Source of the DNA: Acaryochloris thomasi RCC1774
GTDB lineage: Bacteria; Cyanobacteriota; Cyanobacteriia; Thermosynechococcales; Thermosynechococcaceae
Reading direction: 5' to 3'
Assembly (NCBI RefSeq): GCF_003231495.1
Contig: NZ_PQWO01000022.1
Span: 1-32,000, forward strand
DNA length: 32,000 bases
The notes under the pieces were generated by a model. It worked only from the letters and a program-made list of their open reading frames with translations. It was not told the origin of the DNA and did no database searches. Position 1 is the stretch's first letter, and every line of letters begins with the position of its first letter. The translations under genes were made by a program, and so were the position numbers. Positions 25,394 to 32,000 of the stretch are shown one piece after another.

Positions 25394-26308
25394 TTGTTTT
25401 TTAGCGTCGTTATTCCTACCTATAACCGTCTGCCCATTCTGCAGAAGTGTTTGAAGGCACTTGCTCAGCAAGATCTCGCTCCTGAGCACAGCTATGAAGT
25501 CGTGGTCGTAGATGACGGGTCAACGGATGACACCGTTGTCTGGCTCCGACAAGAAATGCCTGATATTCAGCTCTACGAACAGGCCCATAAAGGACCGGCT
25601 GCCGCTCGCAATCTTGGGGTTCAGAAGGCCGACGGCGACACTATTATTTTTATCGACAGTGATTTGGTGGTCACTGAAGCTTTCTTGTCAGCCCATGCCC
25701 TTGCTTTGACGACAGCTCAAGCAAGACTGAGACATGAGCGGATTTTTACCTACGGTCGGGTTATCAATACCTGCAACTTTGACGAGCCGACGACCGAGCC
25801 TTATACGCTGACTGATTTTTCTGCGGCCTACTTTGCGACGGGGAATGTTGCTATTGCCCGTCACTGGCTAGAAAAAGCGGGCCTTTTCGACGAACAGTTT
25901 CAGCAGTATGGCTGGGAGGATTTAGAGCTGGGCGTCCGGCTCAAAAAGTTAGACCTCAAGCTGATCAAAGTTCCTGAAGCCGTTGGCTACCACTGGCATC
26001 CACCCTTTTCGCTACAGGAAATTCCAAAGCTGATTGACCGAGAAATGCAGTCAGGCCGGATGGGGCTATTGTTTTACCAAAAGCATCCCACTTTGAACGT
26101 GCGGATGATGATTCAAATGACCTGGATTCACCAACTCCTGTGGGGAAGTTTGACCTTAGGGGGCAGATTAAACGAAAAAACCCTAGGACCGCTGCTCCAG
26201 TGGCTCATCGATCGCGGGAAATCTCAAATGGCCTTGGAAGTGGCGCGCATTTTCTTAAACTGGTACAACCTCAAAGGGCTCTACGCCGCAAAGGCCAAGC
26301 TAGAGTAG
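25394..26308 (+). CDS. Family 2 glycosyltransferase
   Basis: FSVVIPTYNR, VVVDDGSTDDT and FIDSDL (DxD) motifs. TTG start. Confidence 0.85.
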   Translation: MFFSVVIPTYNRLPILQKCLKALAQQDLAPEHSYEVVVVDDGSTDDTVVWLRQEMPDIQLYEQAHKGPAAARNLGVQKADGDTIIFIDSDLVVTEAFLSAHALALTTAQARLRHERIFTYGRVINTCNFDEPTTEPYTLTDFSAAYFATGNVAIARHWLEKAGLFDEQFQQYGWEDLELGVRLKKLDLKLIKVPEAVGYHWHPPFSLQEIPKLIDREMQSGRMGLLFYQKHPTLNVRMMIQMTWIHQLLWGSLTLGGRLNEKTLGPLLQWLIDRGKSQMALEVARIFLNWYNLKGLYAAKAKLE

Positions 26309-26361
26309 ATTTTATCGTGATAGCATATGGGCCTTGCCGAATATACGTTTTCAAGAGAATA

Positions 26362-26928
26362 ATGGAGATCACGTTTAAGCCTGCACCTCTGCGTTCAGCC
26401 CAGAGCTGGCTTCTATCTGGGAAAATATTAAGGACGCCGAGTGGTCAGCAGATTGATCTTTCGCAGTTGATTGGGGGGCACTTCACCGATCTACCCTCCA
26501 AAAGATTCTGGATTTCGGAGTTTCAGTTATCGACCGAATCAGACAAAGTTTCGATCAAGTGCAACGACGTGAAAACGGGCATTCAGCGCCACAACTATTA
26601 CACATTGGTTTTTGAGGTTGTTGAGTGTCTTAAGCTCCATAACCCAAATGTAAGAATCAGACGAGGCACCAGCCGCCTGTTCAACATCATGTTTGCAGCT
26701 ATTGGCCTCATTCCCTTGGGCTTTGGCCTCAGCTTTATCATTAGTGCATTACAGAATGGTAACGATGGGTTTGGGATCGGCTTCGGCGTCTTTTTCCTGT
26801 TGCTCGCGGCTTTTATTGTCTGGTGCGCCTCACCGTGGCAAAAGCCACCTGTTTCTACACCTACTGAGCTTCAAGAATGGCTCCGCAGCTGGGTTGGGGG
26901 GCGACCAGACGGTCTGCCTCCGGGCTGA
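26362..26928 (+). CDS. Hypothetical membrane protein (two C-terminal TM segments)
   Basis: I prefer the ATG at 26362 (MEITFKPAPL...). The tracked start at 26140 would overlap the glycosyltransferase by about 170 nt in another frame. TM segments are FNIMFAAIGLIPLGFGLSFIISAL and FGIGFGVFFLLLAAFIVWCA. Confidence 0.5.
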   Translation: MEITFKPAPLRSAQSWLLSGKILRTPSGQQIDLSQLIGGHFTDLPSKRFWISEFQLSTESDKVSIKCNDVKTGIQRHNYYTLVFEVVECLKLHNPNVRIRRGTSRLFNIMFAAIGLIPLGFGLSFIISALQNGNDGFGIGFGVFFLLLAAFIVWCASPWQKPPVSTPTELQEWLRSWVGGRPDGLPPG

Positions 26929-27024
26929 GTCATAAATACAAACTCTCGTGTGCATCCTATATGCAGAAGCATGGGCGGCTTGTCTAATGATCAAAGCAGT
27001 CTCTTGCATCGGTGCCGTTGAGAG

Positions 27025-28422
27025 TTGGAAACCACCGTGTTTGACCACATACACACCACAAACGATGTTGTTGCTGGACGCTACCGTATTGTTAGCTCCC
27101 TCGGCCAAGGCAGTTCTGGAACGACCTATGAAGCAGAGGACGTGCAAACCTATCAGAGAGTCGCTCTCAAAGTCATGTCTTTTCGGGGAATGCAGGGCTG
27201 GAAGCAGTTAGAACTATTTGAGCGTGAAGCTCAAGTTCTTTCCCATCTTGAGCATCCGGGAATTCCGCAGTATCTGGACTACTTCCAGGTTGATAGTGAC
27301 CGCGATCGCCTCTTTTATCTCGTACAGGCTTTAGCACCGGGTCGATCGTTGGCTGCGTTAGTCGAGAGAGGTTGGCAGTCAACAGAGGCTGAGACGAAAC
27401 GGATTGCCTCTGAGGTGCTAAATATCTTGATCTATCTACATGGCCTGACGCCACCCATCATTCATCGAGATATCAAGCCCCATAATATTATTCGTGGTCA
27501 AGATGGCTGCATTTATTTAGTGGACTTTGGCTCAGTACAGGCCGTGCTAAGTCATGCGACGGCCCACGGCAGTACGATTGTGGGTACCTACGGCTATATG
27601 GCACCCGAACAATTTCGTAGTCAAGCCTATGGTGCAACTGATCTACATGGGCTAGGGGCAACACTAATTTTTCTGCTGACCGGCTGTCACCCAGGAGACT
27701 TACCGCAAAAGCGTCTCAAGCTTATGTTTCGAGACAATTTGCAGATTGAGATCAAACCTCACTTTGCCAGTTGGCTTGAACAAATGACTGAGCCCATTGC
27801 TGAGGAGCGATTTATCACAGCACAGAGAGCCCTCGCAGCCCTCAAAAGTGTTCACCTTGAAAAAAAATCTCACGATACCTCCAGCGCTGTAGAGCCGTCT
27901 GATAAACCTCCAGGTAGTCGCATTCAACTTAAAAGGACTCAAACAAAATTTGCTCTTAATATTCCACCCATTGGTCTGCAAACAGAAACTTTTTTTATTG
28001 GAGCGACAATATCTGTACTGCTTTGGAATGTTCTTGTGCTGCTCAAAGCCAACAGTGCTCCACCGGGTGGGGGAATGAATTCGTCTATTTTGATCTTATG
28101 TGCAGTTCTGCTCTCGGTCTTGGGGCTAAGGTTCTCGGCAGTGGCAATCTTCGAGCTGACGGGGCGCACTCGTGTCGAGATGAACGAGCAACAGTTTCGA
28201 ATTAAATGGCAGACCCTATGGTCCGGAAGACAAGTGTTGGGCAAGGTTTCCAATCTAAGCAAAGCTGTACTGCAAGCTTCATACACCAGAGGGTGGCGTC
28301 AGGTTGATGCCTGTGTCTTGCCAGCAACGCCCCTGCCTCACAAGTTCGGTGAGATGCTTACGAATCCAGAGAAGAAGTGGATTGTTCAGGAACTCAATGC
28401 TTTTTTAGAGGAGCATCACTAG
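27025..28422 (+). CDS. Ser/Thr protein kinase with a C-terminal membrane-spanning region
   Basis: The Hanks kinase motifs are GQGSSGTTYEA...VALKV, HRDIKPHNII, VDFGS and GYMAPEQ. Two hydrophobic segments lie around aa 325-385, followed by an unassigned ~80-aa tail. Confidence 0.9.
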   Translation: METTVFDHIHTTNDVVAGRYRIVSSLGQGSSGTTYEAEDVQTYQRVALKVMSFRGMQGWKQLELFEREAQVLSHLEHPGIPQYLDYFQVDSDRDRLFYLVQALAPGRSLAALVERGWQSTEAETKRIASEVLNILIYLHGLTPPIIHRDIKPHNIIRGQDGCIYLVDFGSVQAVLSHATAHGSTIVGTYGYMAPEQFRSQAYGATDLHGLGATLIFLLTGCHPGDLPQKRLKLMFRDNLQIEIKPHFASWLEQMTEPIAEERFITAQRALAALKSVHLEKKSHDTSSAVEPSDKPPGSRIQLKRTQTKFALNIPPIGLQTETFFIGATISVLLWNVLVLLKANSAPPGGGMNSSILILCAVLLSVLGLRFSAVAIFELTGRTRVEMNEQQFRIKWQTLWSGRQVLGKVSNLSKAVLQASYTRGWRQVDACVLPATPLPHKFGEMLTNPEKKWIVQELNAFLEEHH

Positions 28423-28450
28423 CTTGCATTCCTGAAGTTAGCCTAAAGAT

Positions 28451-28475
28451 AGGCTGCTGCCATAAGCAGCAGCCT
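28451..28475. terminator. Hairpin between convergent genes, a probable bidirectional terminator
   Basis: AGGCTGCTGC (28451-28460), loop CATAA, GCAGCAGCCT (28466-28475). This 10-bp perfect GC-rich stem lies between the kinase stop (28422) and the PEP-CTERM gene stop (28497). Confidence 0.6.
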
Positions 28476-28496
28476 TCATCAAAGCATTGTCTGTTA

Positions 28497-29237
28497 CTAG
28501 GCTTCTTGTGTAGCGGCCTTCTGAGACCGTCGCGCCCTGCGCTTCAGAAAAGCTCCAGCGCCGAGCAGCAAAGCGGAACCTAAGATGGTTGTTGGCTCCG
28601 GTACTGCTGCTGTGGCTAGCAAAGCCTGTGAGTTTCCATCTGTGGGATCGATTCCAAAGGAAGAGTCAGCAATCGTAGCATTTCCGACGGTTTCCCAGCC
28701 TGAGAACTCACCCGTTTCAAAGCTACCGTTTGTGCCTAAATTCAGGTTATCCACCAACAAAGCGGAATCAACAACCGTGTCGCCGACATCTACGACACCG
28801 AGGCCCAGCGTGTAGTCCCCATCTGCAGGCAGAATGAAAGAGAAGGCATTGAAGCCTGTTTCGCTATTAAAGCTAACATTGTTTCCCAGCAACGGAAAAC
28901 GCGAGTTGGTGTCTGCAAGGGTTGAGTTGCCATCGGGGAAAAGTGAAATGAAAGCAAAGTCGTTGAAGGACGAAGGCGTGCTTTCGTTCGTAAGGAAGTT
29001 CCAGTCAAATGTTAAGGTTTGTCCGGTAGTCCCTGAAAAAGTCTGTTTAATAGCGGAGCCTTCGGTTGCATCACCATTCCCCAGACCATCGATCGTTCCT
29101 GAAGTGAGTCCCAAAAAAGATTCAATATCGGTGTCTGAGACAGCTTGAGCGGTGGCCGATGTTGCGGCTAAACCGATCAGTGATAGGGTTGCGATCGCAA
29201 CTTTAAAGCTCATAAAACTCACACCAAGATTAGCCAT
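28497..29237 (-). CDS. PEP-CTERM sorting-domain secreted protein
   Basis: The C-terminal VPEPTTILGSALLLGAGAFLKRRARRS is a canonical PEP-CTERM anchor. There is an N-terminal signal peptide (...IATLSLIGLAATSATAQA). The start is at Met 29237 or 29213. Confidence 0.85.
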   Translation of the reverse strand: MANLGVSFMSFKVAIATLSLIGLAATSATAQAVSDTDIESFLGLTSGTIDGLGNGDATEGSAIKQTFSGTTGQTLTFDWNFLTNESTPSSFNDFAFISLFPDGNSTLADTNSRFPLLGNNVSFNSETGFNAFSFILPADGDYTLGLGVVDVGDTVVDSALLVDNLNLGTNGSFETGEFSGWETVGNATIADSSFGIDPTDGNSQALLATAAVPEPTTILGSALLLGAGAFLKRRARRSQKAATQEA

Positions 29238-29438
29238 TATAAATTTCAACTCTGAACGCAACAAACACTCAAGTACATCACCGATGCACCACTAAAAATG
29301 CAGGTCTATGACCAACAACAAAACATGCTTACTTCAGCCTGAATTTTACAGAACAGCAGTGCCGCAGTTATGTATTTTTAGATACAAGCAAGATTGTCTT
29401 AAGATTGCTTTTGCGCATCCTTCTGGCTTTTTGAGAGC

Positions 29439-29957
29439 CTAACGACACCCTAGACTTTCTCTGGTATCCATACCTGTTGAAGGATTGACACCATCCGCCG
29501 TTTCACAGAGCATTGTGACCTGCATCCGATCAATCAGGGCATCAGTGAAATCGGCCCCTGTAATATCCGTGTTGTAGAAAATACTGGAGGTGAGCAAGGC
29601 ATTTACAAACAGAGCATTGCTCAAATCAGCATCATTGAAAATGACGCGATCGCCAAACGCCTCCGACAGATCTGCACCACTCAAATTTGCCCGCTGGAAG
29701 ACGGCCTGGGTCAAAATCGTAGCCGACAGATTCGCTCCATGAAAATCAGCATTCCGCATATCGGCCCCAGCAAAAGAAGTGCCCGAAACATCCTTATTCG
29801 AGAAATCGGTCGCCTTTAAATCGGCCAGCGTATAGTTGACGTTGCGTTCATTTGCCGCCCATCCAGGCTGGGGCTGGAGCCAGCCAAAGCTAACTAACCC
29901 TACTAAAAGTACGGTCCAAACGAGAGGTGTCAATCGAAACTTACGCTGGGGAATCAT
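29439..29957 (-). CDS. Pentapeptide-repeat protein with signal peptide (thylakoid-lumen-type)
   Basis: Tandem A(D/N)LxG-type pentapeptides (GADMRNADFHGANLSATILTQAVFQRANLSGADLSEA...). The N-terminal hydrophobic leader ends in GWA. Confidence 0.85.
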   Translation of the reverse strand: MIPQRKFRLTPLVWTVLLVGLVSFGWLQPQPGWAANERNVNYTLADLKATDFSNKDVSGTSFAGADMRNADFHGANLSATILTQAVFQRANLSGADLSEAFGDRVIFNDADLSNALFVNALLTSSIFYNTDITGADFTDALIDRMQVTMLCETADGVNPSTGMDTRESLGCR

Positions 29958-30077
29958 CTATCACTGCCGGAGTTGCTTCCTTCGTAACTTACCATTCTGA
30001 AGGAATGGGTATAGCCGTTCTTGAGAGAGAACCAGAGGAATAGAGAGGCATGAGATTTATAATTGGTGCTGAATGGC

Positions 30078-30827
30078 TCACCAGGGAAGAGGGGTACCGT
30101 CCCAGGAGAAAAACTGGCCGCTATTATCGATGTCTAAGCTGTCTAATACAGTCAGCAGTTGCGTAACGGTGCGATCGATAGAAAATAGTTTCTCGGGAGG
30201 TACGCTGCGCTGAAAAGGTTCTGATAGCTTGGTATCCGTTGTTCCTGGATGGAGCGTCACGATAATGGTGTGGGGACTCCGGCGTCGGTATTCAATCGCC
30301 GCCGTTCGCATAAACATATTGAGAGCCGCCTTCGAGGCTCGATACCCATACCAGCCCCCCAAACGGTTATCGCCAATGCTGCCAATTTTGGCCGAAATCG
30401 TGGCAAAGGTGCTGCGATCGCGATGCTTCAGCAACGGCAGCAAATGCTTTGCCAGCAGGGCTGCTCCAATGCTGTTGACTTGAAAATAGCGCGTTAACTT
30501 TTCTGCATTAAGCTGTCTAAGCCCCTTCTCTGGCGCTAGCTCTCCCTCATGAAGAATGCCCACACAGTTAATAACCCAGTGCAGATAGGTGCTCTCCATC
30601 TGAATTTGTTCGCAGCACTGGGCAATTTGTTCTTCCTGGGTGATGTCAACGGACAGGCAGTGTATCCTCGGCTCCTGCTCTGCCAGCGTCAGCAGTCCTG
30701 CAGCGGACGCGGGTGATCGATAGGTCGCATAGATCTTTGTAATCTGTGGCTTTTGCAGCAGATGGTGGACAAAGCCTAGACCAATACCCTGGCTAGCACC
30801 GACCACTAAAGCATTGGACTCACTCAT
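30078..30827 (-). CDS. Short-chain dehydrogenase/reductase (SDR) family oxidoreductase
   Basis: The cofactor motif is VVGASQGIGLG and the catalytic motif is YRASKAAL (YxxxK). It shares a 4-nt overlap with the upstream membrane-protein gene. Confidence 0.85.
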   Translation of the reverse strand: MSESNALVVGASQGIGLGFVHHLLQKPQITKIYATYRSPASAAGLLTLAEQEPRIHCLSVDITQEEQIAQCCEQIQMESTYLHWVINCVGILHEGELAPEKGLRQLNAEKLTRYFQVNSIGAALLAKHLLPLLKHRDRSTFATISAKIGSIGDNRLGGWYGYRASKAALNMFMRTAAIEYRRRSPHTIIVTLHPGTTDTKLSEPFQRSVPPEKLFSIDRTVTQLLTVLDSLDIDNSGQFFSWDGTPLPW

Positions 30828-31561
30828 ACTAGAGGCGGACTCGTGAGCGGAAGCTGGCTGTTGGCATCAGGGCAGGTTTGCTGTTCAAAATCACAGCGAT
30901 AGATATGAGGCTTCTGCCAGCTCAGTGGAATTTCTAATAGATCACGGGTGCCCGTCAGCCCCTGCCCGAGGAAGAGCAGTGTGGCAAAGCAATTGAGGGC
31001 AATATGAATCCGTCGCCATGTTTGAGAGCGATCGCGGTAAATCTCTGGCACAATTGCCAGCGAGATAATCATCAATACAGTGGCTGCAATGCCGTAATAG
31101 AAGTGCGATATGAACCACTCATTATCGCGGCGAAAAATACCGTCCTGAGCGCCCAAAATAATGATACCTAGACTACTGAGCGTGGCAAAGATAGCTCGCC
31201 AGTACCAGGGCTTAGCACGGTACAAAAGCACCAGCGTGGCAATAGTTGCAGCAAACATCAAGCCAATAAAAGCAACTTTGAACGGCTCCTTTGTCCAGAG
31301 CGTTTGATTAATGATATTGCTGCTGATCGGGTGAGCCATGCCGATCAGAGAGAGGCCCGTCACTAGACCCGTGAGCCAGCGGCCAAGCTGAAGATGCTCT
31401 GGACCGACGACCGGAGCAATCTTGCTTTTGCCCCCCGCAGCAGACTGCAAGCGACGCGTTCGCGTGAGCCAAGCTCGATTCAGAACCATCCCAATCAGCG
31501 GGAAAACTACGGCCACAGCAAGGGCTGGATGCAGCAGCAGAATTATGTCGTCTATCGCCAT
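30824..31561 (-). CDS. Integral membrane protein (DUF4079-like)
   Basis: 245 aa with about six TM segments. The N-terminal LLLHPALAVAVVFPLIGMVLNRAW and the multiple His residues are reminiscent of the cyanobacterial/plant DUF4079 family. Confidence 0.55.
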   Translation of the reverse strand: MAIDDIILLLHPALAVAVVFPLIGMVLNRAWLTRTRRLQSAAGGKSKIAPVVGPEHLQLGRWLTGLVTGLSLIGMAHPISSNIINQTLWTKEPFKVAFIGLMFAATIATLVLLYRAKPWYWRAIFATLSSLGIIILGAQDGIFRRDNEWFISHFYYGIAATVLMIISLAIVPEIYRDRSQTWRRIHIALNCFATLLFLGQGLTGTRDLLEIPLSWQKPHIYRCDFEQQTCPDANSQLPLTSPPLV

Positions 31562-31712
31562 CGATTTTTCAGTCTCCTTGCCCGTTGCAATATAGCCATA
31601 CTAAAGGCATTCTCCCCTTGCCTGCCTGGACTCGCAAGTCTAGCGGCGTCTAGGCAACCTCAACTTCAGCGGGCAACCGTCGATCGATTGATTTCAGCGG
31701 TCTCTAGTCCCA

Positions 31713-32000
31713 CTAATTTTGGAAAGGCGCATAGCCAAAAGTGACGTTGAATTCACGGCACCAGACGACGGCAGATTTAAAGGTCGAGGGATCAACATCA
31801 GCGGGAATTTCGTACACCTGCATTCCGTTAACCTTTTGGAGATCTCCTAGATTGACATAGTCTGTTTCGGCATAGCTTTCGGGAACCTCGGATCGATGGA
31901 GAAGTACAAATAGATCAGGCCCCTCATGGGACTGGAATGCGTCATCAAAGACAAGATAATTTTTACCCTCGTTGGTCACAATGTGAGCCTTCCCCTCTGC
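31713..32000 (-). CDS. DM13 domain protein (partial; the N-terminus lies beyond the window edge)
   Basis: The C-terminal FQSHEGPDLFVLLH...LGDLQKVNGMQVYEIPADVDPSTFKSAVVWCREFNVTFGYAP matches the DM13 pattern. The ORF is open to the window edge. Confidence 0.65.
   Translation of the reverse strand, partial: AEGKAHIVTNEGKNYLVFDDAFQSHEGPDLFVLLHRSEVPESYAETDYVNLGDLQKVNGMQVYEIPADVDPSTFKSAVVWCREFNVTFGYAPFQN

Noticed and set aside
26140-26361. N-terminal extension of the 262-aa ORF overlapping the glycosyltransferase 3' end
   Set aside because: The ~170-nt out-of-frame overlap with a confident gene gives an Arg-rich nonsense-like sequence. The internal ATG at 26362 gives a sensible start after the GT2 stop.
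1-32000. tRNA, rRNA, tmRNA or integrase/transposase genes that could mark island boundaries
   Set aside because: None was recognised by eye on either strand. A tRNAscan or Infernal run would be needed to exclude small RNAs formally.

Overview
The window looks like cyanobacterial chromosome. The HIP1 octamer GCGATCGC is frequent, and RpaB, PEP-CTERM, pentapeptide-repeat, DUF4079-like and Uma2 genes are present. Most of it is ordinary housekeeping or accessory content of about 53% G+C by hand sampling: mfd, radA, rpaB, a GT2 glycosyltransferase, a Ser/Thr kinase, a sodium:solute symporter, a cation/proton antiporter-USP fusion, a YghU-type GST, and LysR and LuxR regulators. The exception is an accessory island at about 5147-9830, between mfd and the LuxR gene. 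It holds a ParDE-like module with a coupled third small ORF, and two HigBA-type modules whose toxins are inactivated (one frameshifted, one reduced to a 33-codon remnant). At its centre is a markedly AT-rich, HIP1-free, translationally coupled three-gene operon (6220-8374). I recognise only the third product, which has a clean PD-(D/E)xK nuclease motif; the other two match nothing I know. This operon is my best candidate for an undescribed defence-type system. A second notable structure is a duplication of the last ~105 codons of mfd bracketing a Uma2 endonuclease gene. The two copies are about 88% identical in DNA but almost identical in protein, which points to recombination between alleles from different lineages. 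No tRNA, rRNA or CRISPR array was seen. All homology calls come from motif recognition by eye, without database searches.
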